The notes: generated from the sequence alone by a model not told the origin. DNA of 64,000 nt from Octopus sinensis (GCF_006345805.1 NC_043010.1:10416001-10480000); one strand, 5' to 3'. Positions 27,394 to 41,894 are shown, counted from the first letter of the stretch. Made by a program: numbers and translations.

Positions 27394-27602
27394 TTGTGTC
27401 TGTGTTTGTCCCCCGAGCATTGCTTGACAACTGATGCTGGTGTGTTTACGTCCCCGTCACTTAGCAGTTCGGCAAAAGAGACCGATAGAATAAGTACTGG
27501 GCTTACAAAGAATAAGTCCCGGGGTCGATTTGCTCGACTAAAGGCGGTGCTCCAGCATGGCCGCAGTCAAATGACTGAAACAAGTAAAAAGAGAAAAAAG
27601 AG
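27192..27602 (+). mobile_element. SINE family A
   Basis: Full head-microsatellite-tail structure. Confidence 0.85.
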
Positions 27603-27744
27603 TATATCTTTATACAATCAGAAGCAAAGAACCCATATGTAGACATCTTGGACACTTTTATTGCCATATTTCTGTTGATTTGTTTTGGCCATATTCTCTC
27701 TCATACTTGCTTTTTTGTTCTTTCAGAGTATGCTCTCGCACCTG

Positions 27745-27981
27745 ATCACCAGCACCAACCGATCATAGTCGTTGCCAGCTTCCTCTGGCCCCTGTGTTGG
27801 TGGCACTTTAAAAGCACCCACTACACTCTCGGAGTAGTTGGCGTTAGGAAGGGCATCCAGCTGTAGAAACACTGCCAAATCAGACTGGAGCCTGGTGCAG
27901 CCTCCTGGCTTCCCAGACCCCAGTTGAACTGTCCAAACCATGCTAGCATGGAAAACGGACGTTAAACAATGATGATGATGA

Positions 27982-27985
<4 letters not shown>
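27745..27985 (+). mobile_element. RTE-type 3'UTR fragment
   Basis: Matches 23260-23480, with (GAT)n tail. Confidence 0.75.
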
Positions 27986-28023
<38 letters not shown>

Positions 28024-28132
28024 AATTTCTTCTTGTTTCAAACTATTTTGAAATCAATGACAATTTCATTATTAAGCTAATATTTGGAACATAGATTAAC
28101 ATGAAATTGTGATTTATATTTTTAATTTAGAT

Positions 28133-29222
28133 ATGAGGTGGTATTAAAATGTTACAGGATTAGTTCTGTAGTGTGCCAACAGATGGCAGCATACGATTGC
28201 ATGCACAGTGAGAACTAGCAGTGACCTTCATGAGGCAGTGTGTTGAGTGACATTGCTGTGTTTCCTTTGCAAGTTGTGAAATTTGTGTTTTTGTGATCAT
28301 GTGTATGCTGTAGACTGCGATTTCTGTCATGGACAGGAAGTTTCAACAAAGAGCCAATGTGAAATTTTAGGTTAAACTTTGGAAGACTACTACAGGGACA
28401 TTGAACATGTTTTGGCAAGCTTAACCCTTTCGTTACTGAATTTATTTTGAGATGCTCTGTGTTACTTTCAATTACTTTAAATATAACAAAGAATTTAGTA
28501 AAATAACTTAATTACCATTAAGCTAGTGTTAGGAACATAAATTGTGACTAAGGTTTGGTGGGAGATTTTAATTCAAAACTTATGAAAACAAGACATTTGT
28601 ATTCAGAGCCAGAACCGGTTTCAGCCGGGTTAGTCATGAAAGGGTTAAGGCGATAAGGCAATGGGCCAAGTGGCATGGATGCTTCAAAAGTGGAAGAACA
28701 TCCCTAGAAGATGATGAGCAATCTGGAAGACCTGCCACAATTGAAATGTGGTGAAAATTCATCAGGTTGTGCATGAGGATCGTCAGAGGAAAATCAATAA
28801 CATTTTTGATGTTGGTCTGTCGTTTGGGTCCATGCAGGCAAAGAATTGCATTCTTCACGAAAACAATGCATCCTGTCACCAAGCACTTCTCATTCATGAG
28901 TTTCTCACCAAAAGACAACATGATATCACTTCCACACCTGCTCAGTTTTCCAGCTGCAGACTTCCATCTCTTCTCCAAGATAAAAATGTAGCTCAGAGGT
29001 GACTGTTTTGACACCATTATAGAGATCAAGAGTGAATCGCAGAAGGTCCTCAACCTGATTATCGAAAAACGAAGGTCAGGTTTCAAAAGCTATAGGAACG
29101 TTGGGACCAATGTATTGCTGTGCAAGGGGACTATTTCAAAAGAGATAATTTCATAACTTGGTAAATAAGTTAATTTTTTTATTAAACATAACTATTCTAC
29201 GAACTTTTTGATATGATCTCGT
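28133..29222 (+). mobile_element. Internally deleted, decayed mariner transposon
   Basis: ATG at 28329: MDRKFQQRANVKF*VKLWKTTTGTLNM; then KWHGCFKSGRTSLEDDEQSGRP, LHENNASCH (cf. LHHDNA), FPAADFHLFSKIK (cf. YSPDLAPxDFxLF) and ERWDQCIAVQGDYF. Degenerate TIRs ATGAGGTGGTATTAAAATGTT / GAACTTTTTGATATGATCTCGT. Confidence 0.85.
28425..28644. mobile_element. piggyBac-type MITE (220 bp) inserted in the mariner
   Basis: TTAA|CCCTTTC...GAAAGGG|TTAA, with TTAA at 28421-28424 and 28645-28648. Confidence 0.9.
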
Positions 29223-29616
29223 CTCTTTGAGGTGGTCATGGGCAGATTGGTATCTAAAAGGGTTTACAATAAATTCCAATACTGTTTTTCAATCTTTGAT
29301 TCAAAGGCCCAAATTATGATTCAAAGCTCCAAATTGCCAGTTAAATCTAATATCTACCTAGTGCTATGTATACTCTGAAATTCTTTCTTCTACAGTCGTA
29401 GACAGCCCAGCAAAGAGCAAAGCTTTGAGCAGACTGTTAGCGTTTAAGTATAATAAATATATTTATCTATTTCTCTCAATGTATTGAGTTCAATATCAGA
29501 TAATGTTTGTACCAAGTAAAACGAAATATATTTTCATATACTTTACAACTCTGACATTGTGATATATATATACACACACACACACACATGCTCATACATA
29601 CATGCATACCACACAT

Positions 29617-29649
<33 letters not shown>

Positions 29650-30149
29650 AATTTATATATGTGTGTATATACATATATATATGTATACACACACATACAT
29701 ATGCTCATACATACATGCATACATATATATATATATATAAATACATATATACATTTATATATGTGTGTGTATATATGTGTATATATATATATGCACACAA
29801 ACATATATACGCATACACACACATACACATACAGATATGAAGCCAGTAGTCTTCCCTAATACCTATACAGACATAAGATAAATATATTAATTTGCCTCTA
29901 TAGCAATGTAAACAATTCAGATAAGGAAGCCAAGTTTTCTTCTGTTTCAAATTAGAGATTGTTGTTTTAGGATTTTAACTTTTTAGTTTTCATCATTCAG
30001 GAAATCAATAGATAACACATTCTCTTTGTATCTTCTATGGTATTATATATACGTGTGTGTATGTGTGTGTGTGTGCCAGTGCGTGTGCTCATGTGTGTAT
30101 TTGTGTACATAGACTCTCACATGCAAGCAAGTATATGTATATGTATATG

Positions 30150-30204
<55 letters not shown>

Positions 30205-30250
30205 TTATATATACTTCCATATATATATGTGTGTGTGTGTGTGTATATAC

Positions 30251-30289
<39 letters not shown>

Positions 30290-30709
30290 AATGTTTATGT
30301 ATGTTTTTTGTATTACACTTATATTGGACAACACACAAACATATACATGAATGTATGAACACAAAACACATATGTACATTCACACAAACACACTAACAGA
30401 TATATATACATATAAGCACAAACATACGCATCTATGTATGGATAAATGTTTATTATATTTTACTAGAGACTGAAACTTTTACAATTTGTTACTCCAAGTT
30501 TCTCATTTCTGTTATTAGAAATTTCTCTTAAATATTAACGTTTGAATATCTAGACAATTTTTGAAGGGACAAGCTTGAAATAAAAGGATCATACTGGTTT
30601 ACAAAAAGCCATTGGATACAAAATAATTGAAGAGATAGTGAAAAAGGCATTGCCTGTTAGAAACAATTAGAAAACGAAAAAAATAAATTAGGAAGTTCAA
30701 AGAAAAAGT

Positions 30710-31114
30710 GAGTGGCTGTGTGGTAAGTAGCTTGCTAGCCAACCACATGGTTCCGGGTTCAGTCCCACTGCGTGGCACCTTGGGCAAGTGTCTTCTGCTA
30801 TAGACCCGGGCCAACCAATGCCTTGTGAGTGGATTTGGTAGATGGAAACTGAAAGAAGCCTGTCGCATATATGTATATATATATGTATGTGTGTGTGTGT
30901 GTGTTTGTGTGTCTGTGTTTGTCCCTCTGGCATTGCTTGACAACCGATGCTGGTGTGTTTACGTCCCCGTCACTTAGCGGTTCGGCAAAAGAGACCGATA
31001 GAATAAGTACTGGGCTTACAAAGAATAAGTCCCGGAGTCGATTTGCTCGACTAAAGGCGGTGCTCCAGCATGGCCGCAGTCAAATGACTGAAACAAGTAA
31101 AAGAGTAAAGAGTA
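30710..31114 (+). mobile_element. SINE family A
   Basis: Full head-microsatellite-tail structure. Confidence 0.85.
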
Positions 31115-31204
31115 ATCTAGAAAATGCTGATGGGTGAGAAAACTAGGCAAAGAAATAACTTGATGCTCCTCCTCCTCATCAGTAGTTAATTGACACTCTG
31201 TCAA

Positions 31205-31535
31205 TTACAACTACAGGGGTTCCAGTCGATTCAATCAATGGAATTGCCTGCTCATGACATGAAAGTGAAAGTGGCTGAGTACTCCACAGACATACTCTTT
31301 TACTCTTTACTCTTTTACTTGTTTCAGTCATTTTGACTGTGGCCATGCTGGAGCACCGCCTTTAGTCGAGCAAATCGACCCCGGGACTTATTCTTTGTAA
31401 GCCCAGTACTTATTCTATTGGTCTTTTTAGCTGAACCGCTAAGTGACGGGGACGTAAACACACCAGCATCGGTTGTCAAGCAATGCTAGGGGGACAAACA
31501 CAGACACACAAACATATACATACACATACATATAT

Positions 31536-31581
<46 letters not shown>

Positions 31582-31948
31582 CACGACAGGCTTCTTTCAG
31601 TTTCCGTCTACCAAATCCACTCACAGGACTTTGGTCGGCCCGAGGCTATAGCAGAAGACACTTGCCCAAGATGCCACACAGTGGGACTGAACCCGGAACC
31701 ATGTGGTTGGTTAGCAAGCTACTTACCACACAGCCACTCGTACCTTTAATGCAGTTTTCAGGGAGATTCAGTGAGACACAGGCTGGCCCTTTCAAATACA
31801 GGTGCAACTCACTTTTGCTAGCTGAGTGGACTGGAGGAATGTGAAATAAAGTGTCTTGCTCAAGGACACAACATGCTGCCAGAAATCAAACTCATGACTT
31901 AATAATCATGAGCCAAATACCTCTAACCACTGAGCCATGTGCCTTCAC
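31205..31948 (-). mobile_element. SINE family E split by a nested family A copy (about 31293-31738)
   Basis: GGCTGAGTACTCCACAGACAT | family A | CGTACCTTTAATGCAG rejoins as in the intact copy at 22201-22250. Confidence 0.75.
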
Positions 31949-32277
31949 CCTCATCATCATAAACATCACCTAGCATCCACTTTTCCATGCTTGCATGGTT
32001 CACATGCAATTTGTTGAGGAAGATTTTCTTTATCCAGGGTTTTTGCATGTCGTCATCCCTCACTTGTTCCCGGGTAATATAATAATTCCCTTTGACATGC
32101 TTTTCATGGAAGAAGGGAAATAAACAGCATTGTTTGTATTACACTGATGGCCATATACGACCATCACCACATGATGTCACAACAGAGCAGCACACACAGA
32201 CATGCACACATTTGTGTGTGTGTGTGTGTGTGTATAAATATACATATCTATATATATGTATATACATATAAGCACAG

Positions 32278-32998
<721 letters not shown>

Positions 32999-33216
32999 TA
33001 ACATAAATCTATGTTTCTCATAAATGGAGGCAAGAATGGTGTGAATATGATGGGGGGAAAGACACATTTTCAAAGAAAATTAAAGAGATCAGCCATTAGA
33101 AGTGAATTAGTTATGAAATAAATATTTAGAGGTATATTGATAGGATATCGAAAATTCAAATCTTTCATTTGAAAATCATTTCTCTTCAAGGCTGAAATGC
33201 AAGTCTTCTCACTTAA

Positions 33217-33668
33217 CCCTTTCATTACCAACCCGGCCGAAACCGCCTCTGGCTCTGTAGTAAAAATGTCTTGCTTTCATAAGTTTTGAATAAAAATTTT
33301 CCACCAAACCTTAGTCACAATTTATGTTCCTAATACTAGCTTAATGATAACTAAGTTAATTTACTAAATTCTTTGTTATATTTAAAATTAATTGAAACAA
33401 ACACAGATCGTCTCAACAGAAATAAGGTAACAAAAGGGAATTCTTAACCCTTTTGATACCAACCTGGCTGAAACCGGTTCTGGCTCTGTAGTACAAATGT
33501 CTTGTTTTCATAAGTTCTGAATTAAAATCTTCCACCAAACCTTAGTCACAATTTATGTTCCTAACACTAGCTTAACGGTAACTAAGTTATTTTTCTAAAT
33601 TCTTTGTTATATCTAAAATAATTGAAAGAAACACAGAGCATCTCAAAATAAATACAGTAACGAAAGGG
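33217..33668. mobile_element. Two head-to-tail copies of the same piggyBac-type MITE (33217-33438 and 33448-33668)
   Basis: Each starts TTAA|CCCTTT and ends AAAGGG; both are reverse complements of 28425-28644. Confidence 0.85.
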
Positions 33669-34639
33669 CTAAACACATTTTACAATGCAAGTTTGAGCAG
33701 GAAAAACAATAAAATAAAAAACATGCTGATATGGTTGACTAATTTTGAGAGTCAGACGTGATTCTTTCAAAAGCCACGCAGACAAAATTGTTAAAATTTA
33801 TTTTTTCTATAACTTGAGTGAATAGATATGCTAGGAAAAAGACATCTTGAATTTGTTCTTAGTTAATCCGATATATGACTTAAACACATTGCTGTTGTCT
33901 AATATAACCATTGCTAATCACTAATACTTTCATAATGTAGTTACTATTGAAGGGACAATTATTTGGCGGAATAATTATAGATAAGTATAGAAGCACTTTT
34001 ATTGATGCTAATTTTTTAAATTTTTATTTTCTTGCTTTTCTTTTTTTCTTTCGTTTTTTTTTTAATTATTTGAAATGGTTAATTCAGTAAACAAATTTTT
34101 TTACAGAAAGAATAGCTTATTTTAATCAAGATTTTGCTAAGGTTCTTATATCTACGATTCATTAGAAAATGAAAAAAAATTAAATTTTGGAACTCTTTGG
34201 TGGTTATTTATTCTTACATTTCAACTGAAGATTGGATTATTCCCCCAAAACATCAGAAATGCTGGTGACCAAAGGAAAGTATTGAACTGCATTTTGTTCC
34301 AACCCTTTCTGTTTTGTCTTGAAATTCCACTGAAGACAGTTTTATCTTTCAACATACCAGGATAATAAAAAAACCCAGTAAAATACTACAGCTCATTTAG
34401 TATTCTTATGAAGTATTCTAGATCTGAATGGCATTATAACTAAAGTTCAAGAACAGACCAAGTCAATTATGTCAACTACTTGAGTGGCTGGTAAGTTGTA
34501 TCTTGTAGCTGTAAAGGTATTTAACTCTGAACGTACTCCTGGATGGTAGGTCTAATCTGTAACCCAGTTTAGCACAACCATCTGATCCTTTGATGCCTTT
34601 AATGGGATCTACTCTGTTGTAAGCATTCAGACTGGGCTT

Positions 34640-35290
34640 ACTTTAACCCATGAATCATGCATATTTTTCTCCCCAGCAGTTTTAGAGGACTTGCAAAGGT
34701 TTATGAACACTGCCCTTCCTTCTTTGTCTAAGTCAGAGGAAGAAACCAAGTTTGTCTAGCTCTAAATAACTGTAGCAGGATGGCATAATTAATTTCTCGA
34801 AGTCTTACAGGGTACTTTAAGGTTAACCATGATATAGAGGTGAAACCCGTGATCTTTATAGGTCCTACAAGACTGATGTCAGCTTGAGTGTCTGTGAAAA
34901 AAAATAGAAGCTCTGTCAATAAATAGTGTTATTTTAAGGCATGAGCATACTGGGCAGTTGCTTGACGAGGGGAATCACAACTCTAGGGGACCAATTCCAA
35001 TCTATGTATGCAGTGGCCTGTCAATAAATATATAATAAAAAGCCTAGTGCATTGATTTGCCTGGGAGCCTAGAGGTCTTGGGGCACAATTCTGATCTTTG
35101 GCTTGCTTTCAGTACAAAATACTGCAGATCCTAATGCATTGATTTGCCTAGGTATCTATTATGTTGTTAAGATGCCCTTGTCTATCAATACAGTTGTACT
35201 CACAGCAATTAAATCCTATAAGCTAACATATTGCGGTCCTTGTAAACTCTTTGACTTTTTCATCAATCTCTATATGATCTGACATGCTAG
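34640..35290 (-). mobile_element. Possible highly decayed CR1/L2-type LINE fragment
   Basis: Weak motifs on the minus strand across frameshifts: RPL..., NWSP, DISL, LKYPVRLREIN (cf. RPxLEY..WSP, DIxxLE, LxYxERLxxLN). Boundaries approximate. Confidence 0.3.
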
Positions 35291-35427
35291 GTATAACAGT
35301 TAAATCTCACTTACAAAGCACTGCCATTTTAAGAACAAAAATGATGAACATGTTGGCTGTCATCCAAGAAACACAGTGTCTGAGAAAAAGAAACAGAATT
35401 GGAATGGTTAACATGGATTTTTTTCAT

Positions 35428-35562
35428 ACTTATTTTATCAAACCCAAAAGAATGAAAGGCAAAGGTGACCTTAGTGGAATTTGAACTCAGACTGTACAGA
35501 CAGATGAAATACTGCTAAGCATTTCAACCAAAATGTTAATGATTGTGCCACCTTGCCACCTT
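35428..35562 (-). mobile_element. SINE family B fragment
   Basis: ATGAAAGGCAAAGGTGACC...GGAATTTGAACTCAG. Confidence 0.7.
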
Positions 35563-35572
35563 TCTTATTGGC

Positions 35573-35638
<66 letters not shown>

Positions 35639-35640
35639 TA

Positions 35641-35848
35641 TTCAGACAAATACATAACAAAAACACCAGGACTTACAAACACATATAACATACAGAAAAT
35701 TGCACTACTAGGCACTGCACACATCCTACGCAGAACACTTTCCATACAATAACCATCAGAGCATCACAACAAATCACAGCACATACCCAAGGCACACAGA
35801 GCTGCGCTCAGTAGTGAAGTGAAAGCACGCTATAAAAATAAAACTACG

Positions 35849-35849
<1 letters not shown>
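35641..35849 (+). mobile_element. R4/Dong-clade non-LTR retrotransposon 3' fragment within an (AAT)n tract
   Basis: Translates as SDKYITKTPGLTNTYNIQKIALLGTAHILRRTLSIQ*, matching the R4-clade terminal motif QKxALLGTAxILR. (AAT)n on both sides. Confidence 0.75.
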
Positions 35850-35883
<34 letters not shown>

Positions 35884-36977
35884 TAAAATAATAATAATAA
35901 TAATAATAATGACAGTAACAGCCAGAATGTTGAGTCTTAATGATCACAATTGACAACTATAAGTTAGAGAGACCATCCTTTATGTATTTGCTTGATCTGC
36001 TTGCTACAACAGTTAAATAATCCCACAAATTAAATCACCTTGTCTTAAAAAAGAAAGGATATTATCCATTGAGTAAAAACAAAAATAGACAAGATGATCA
36101 TGATTGGAATGCATTTCAGCACCAGTCAGCTAAATTAAGGTTGACACAGGGTTAAACAGCAGCTAAATCAACAGTGGGTTGGACAGTTAAAGTGGTCAGT
36201 TAGCAGTTTTCTAAATCATCTCTGTAAAACATTCTGTACAGCACTTTAACAATTCTGCCAACTGACCACTTTAACTAATGTAATATACAAATATCAATGT
36301 AGGAATGAAAGTTGCTAACTTCATTACATTGGACATACATCTACAAACTTTTCGTGCTAGCCTCCTATGCATTCAAAACAAGGAGCTGTTGCATCACATT
36401 ACATACAGAAAATAGTTGAGGAAAAAGAAAACAATAATTGATAACAATATAATCCTGTGAAGAATTCAACAATATATCTTAAAGATTCACAATGGAAGAT
36501 TTATTACTAGCAAAATTTATATCAAAGAAATAAATGATAAAAAAAATCCTAATGCAGAGATTCAGTATGTATGAAAAGATAAATCTATGAAAGTAACCAG
36601 AATTTAAGTGTGAGATAGCTTTAAATCTAGTGATGATGATTTTATCAGTTGCAATATTTCTTGTTGCTTATTAGAAAATGTGCTGACAAAATACCACACA
36701 CATCACTTCATTCAGAAGGTAAGACTGAGAAGATCTTGGTATGTTAATGAATTTAGGAATGTTATTGTCCTAAACTAAACACAAAGAAATATTAAATATT
36801 AAAAAAAAATATCACTAATAATTAAGATTGCATATACAAATACAGACATGTTTCGTTATAGCATATTTGAAAGGAAAGCAAATTACTACACACACATGCA
36901 TAGACATGCACACATACTCACACAGATACAAAGACGCACTCACACATTCCTGCACACACACACATCTAAATATACAT

Positions 36978-37017
<40 letters not shown>

Positions 37018-37119
37018 TATACAGTTCTACTATTGGTAAGAACAACAAAAAGTTCTCTATCCAGTGAGAGATAAATATCTTTTAAATCTTGTGTGTAAGA
37101 AAGTATTGTGTGTATATAC

Positions 37120-37161
<42 letters not shown>

Positions 37162-37169
37162 ATATATAT

Positions 37170-37328
37170 ATACACACATAGATAGATATGCACACATACA
37201 CAATTATATACATATGCATATAAATATATAACTGTTTATAGATAGGTACACATATATATATATGCATATGTATCTATTTGTAATGTAATGTATATATATA
37301 TATATAGCTCTTTATCTCTCTCTTTCTC

Positions 37329-37381
<53 letters not shown>

Positions 37382-37569
37382 GATAGATATGCACGCATAC
37401 ACAATTATATACATATGCATATAAATATATACTATATATAGATAGGTACACATATATATATATGCATATGTATCTATTTATATGTAATGTATATATATAT
37501 ATATATATATATATTCTAGTATATAGCTATTTATAGCTCTTTATCTCTCGCTCTCTCTCTCTCTCTATC

Positions 37570-37616
<47 letters not shown>

Positions 37617-37800
37617 TAGATAGATATGCACGCATACACAATTATATACATATGCATATAAATATATAACTGTATATAGATAGGTACACATATATATATA
37701 TATGCATATGTATCTATTTATATATGTAATGTATATATATATATGTATGCATGTAGCTTTTTATCTCTCTCTCTATATATATATTTATATATATATATAC
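37170..37800. repeat. Three tandem 200-240-bp low-complexity units
   Basis: CACATAGATAGATATGCAC...GATAGGTACACATAT at 37175, 37376 and 37613. Confidence 0.85.
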
Positions 37801-38640
37801 ACACACATATACATACAAACATACATACTCATAACGGATAGTTAGATAAAGAGAGAGAGAGAGAGGGGAACAGAAAGAGAAGTGAGGGGGAGTAAGAGAT
37901 AGACATATCAATGAACGTTGCATTGTAGAGATGTGTGTTAAGAAATCAGTTTATCAAGAGATGGTTTTAATACCAACTTCCATTAAGAAGTGATCTATCT
38001 CGAAATTGGTTGGAATATTTCAACAAATGAAACATGAAATCTAACATGGAATAGATATTTATTTATATGTTCTTTTTCTTTACTTAAATACTTCCTTTCC
38101 TTTTTACATGATAAATATTTTTTCTTGTTGATTGTTCCAGAAATAGGAAAAATTGGAAAATCCAAACTAGATATAAGTGTGTTCACACACACACACACAC
38201 ACTGACTCACACACACCCACACCTACTCACACACAAACATCTGATTATGCATATGTGTATGTGTGTATATGCATTCATACACACACAAACACGTGTGTAT
38301 ATGCATGTATATATATATAGATATATATATATATATATATATTTATGTATATGATATTATGTATGCATACATATATATGAATATGTAAACGTATATGCAC
38401 AAGTCTTTAGACATGTATATACATGTATACACACACACACACACATACTTATCTATATCTATTTATCTATGTATCTATCTATATACCTACCAATCTATCT
38501 GTCTATCTCTATATATATGTGTGTTAGCATGTGGTGTGTGTGTGGTGTGTATGTATGTAATTTATGTATACATAGACACATATACATATATACATATACA
38601 CATACATATAAATATATAAATATATATATATACATATAAT

Positions 38641-38717
<77 letters not shown>

Positions 38718-39566
38718 TTTCACGACACAACCACACCTATACATATATACATATGCTTATTCCTAAAATAAACAAAGGCTTGCATGATGGTTCCGGGAAT
38801 AGGCGGAAACATCATTAATTCTCTGTGTCCAAAATACATACTGCATGAAAGTGGCCAATTTTTGAAGAACAAGAGCAAAGTTTTCCTCCACCTAGCTTTC
38901 TCATTGTCTTTCTCTGTTCGACAACTTTACATCACTGTATAACGTTGACTTTTGTTGCTAAATAAATAACATTTCTTTTTACACAAATGCTAACTAAGGC
39001 GGCTGAATTGTTCTGACCTCCAAAATACTTACCATCATGTCTCGATTCTTTATTAAAGGTCCAACATTATCGTGTCATTTTATGTGAAGATTCAGCTCAA
39101 TATTCCATGTGGCATTTTTTACATATCTTATAGTTCCATTCTTTGTATTATATTAATGGATTGTAAATTTCGGCCTACTCCAGCATGTATGCACAAAATA
39201 TTGCACAGACACACATATGCATACAAGCACACTGTGACATACACTTTACACTACATGTATAAATCGTATGTATTTGTATATAAATATCAGACACACACAC
39301 ATGCATGCATGCAAGCTTGCACACATGCATACACATACACAAAAGCATATATACATACATACATATAAGTATATATGCACGAATGTATGTATCTTTCTAT
39401 TTATACATCTCTATCCATCTGTATATATATATATAATATGCACGTGCACACATGCATATACATACATGCATACGTATATGTGTGTGTATATATGTGTATA
39501 TGTATATATACACACACATGTATATACATATGCACATAAATATTTCTTTATATGTATGTGTACATG

Positions 39567-39615
<49 letters not shown>

Positions 39616-39737
39616 GTATATATGTGTATATATATGTGTATATATATAATGTAAATATATATGTATGTATATATACATATATCTCTTTATCTAACTATCC
39701 GTTATGAGTATGTATGCTTGTATGTATATGTGTGTGC

Positions 39738-39796
<59 letters not shown>

Positions 39797-39835
39797 TAAA
39801 GAGCTACATACGTATATATATATATATATATATAA

Positions 39836-40144
39836 TATATATATGTACATTCTGATGATTTTATTTCGTTATTGCACACATATATATACCTATATACTAT
39901 ATATGTATATGTATATATACGTATGTATGTATGCATTATATATATGCATATGTATGTATATATATAATATATTTATATATATATATATATATATATATAC
40001 GTTATATATATATATACATACATATGCATATATATTAATGCATACATACATACGTATATATACATATACATATATAGGTATATAGGTATATATATATGTG
40101 TGCAATAACGAAATAAAATCATCAGAATGTACATATATATATAT
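39836..40144. repeat. Long inverted repeat (palindrome)
   Basis: The unique 36-mer at 39845-39880 is a perfect reverse complement of 40097-40132; the arms extend inward through TA-rich sequence. Confidence 0.9.
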
Positions 40145-40911
40145 GGTTCTGCCCATGTGCGTGACAACCAGACATCAGAATGAGGCAGGCAGCTTCCAAA
40201 GAAGAAAAGGTAGGCAGGAGATGGCTAAGCACATGAGTAAGAAACGAGGAAAAAAAAAAAGGTATTGATATTGGTAGGAAGAGAGAGATGAATAGATAAA
40301 CAGACAAAAAAAGAAGAGTAAGGTGAGGAGTGAATATGGAACAAGGGATGGGGACACGCCAATGTCATTATATTCCAGCTTTTTTTTCCATTCTACATTG
40401 GAAGTGTCAATGGTTCCTTTGAAATGAATGAGATAACACGAAAGCAGAAAGATGGGCAGTTAGTTTCATCCTATTTTAAGGTCCGTGATGCTATAGATGT
40501 AATTTCAGATAGGTTTATGGATAAGAAATATAAAATGTCAATATATATAAATGAATATGTGTACATATACATATGCACGTATGTATGTTTGCATGCGTGC
40601 GAGTATATATGTATATATGTATGCATGTATAGATGTGTGCATACATATATGTATGCATGTATATGTGTGTGTGTGTGCTTGCATGTATGTTTGCATGTAT
40701 AGATATGTATGCATGCAAGTATGTATGTATGTATGTATGTATATATGCATGTATGTAATTTGTATGTAACGGTAGCAAGCTAACTGAGCAATCTTGCAGG
40801 CATAGACGTCTACTAATGGTGTCTGCTTTCCAACCATTTGTTCATGGGTTCAATCCCGCTGTATGGTACCTTGAAGAAGCATATTCACCATAGTTTTAGC
40901 TTGTATATGTG

Positions 40912-40962
<51 letters not shown>

Positions 40963-40989
40963 TTGTGTGTGTGTATATATGTTTTTTTT

Positions 40990-41215
40990 ATTACCCACAA
41001 GGGTATAAACATAGAGGGGACAAACAAGGAAAGACAAACGGATTAAGTCAATTACATCGACCCTAGTGTGTAACTGGTACTTAATTTTATCGACCCCCTA
41101 AAGGTTGAAAGACAAAGTCGACCTTGGCAGAATTTGAACTCAGAACATAATGGCAGACGAAATACGGCTACGCATTTCACCTGGCGTGCTAACGGTTCTG
41201 GCAGCTCGCCGCCTT
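40990..41215 (-). mobile_element. SINE family B
   Basis: Reverse complement of family B head and body. Confidence 0.8.
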
Positions 41216-41819
41216 AATATATATATAAGTATATATATATTGTAGTGTTTCATTATTGGTGGAATCAACAAAACATATATATTTATATATGTATATATAT
41301 TTGTGTGAATGTGTGTCTTTGTGGTTGTATTTGTCCCTGGTCATTTGACGACTGGTGTTAGTTTTGTTTACATCCTCAAAAACCCAAAGGTTTGTCTAAA
41401 GAGATCAACAATAAAATTGACCATTCACATTAGCCACACTAAAGATGTCTTGCACTAAATTTTATCAAATGATCTTTGATGATTTGTGAAAATATAAAGA
41501 GTTGGAACAATTACTATAAAACACCATCTACTGAATGCAATTTTCCATAAAAACCAAGATTAAAATTGATGTTTTTTTTTATATATACAACATGGTAGCA
41601 TGGTAATAAACTGCATAGACTTTTCTCTACTATAGAGGAAACTATCTTAAAAAGTTTAGTTGATTGAATTGATCTCAGTGAGTTATTTTGAGTCTGGAAC
41701 TTATTCAATTAGTTTCTTTTTAGTGAACTGCTATGTGGTAGAGATGTAAACAAACCAACGTTCGTTGTCAAACAATGAGAAAGAAGCACAAATGCAAACA
41801 TACACAGAGATATGTATGC

Positions 41820-41821
41820 CC

Positions 41822-41893
<72 letters not shown>

Positions 41894-41894
41894 G

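Noticed and set aside
28634-29086. Minus-strand 150-aa ORF
   Set aside because: It is the antisense frame of the mariner remnant.
39024-39150. Minus-strand donor ATG|GTAAGT near 39032
   Set aside because: No clear acceptor or reading frame; cannot be separated from chance.
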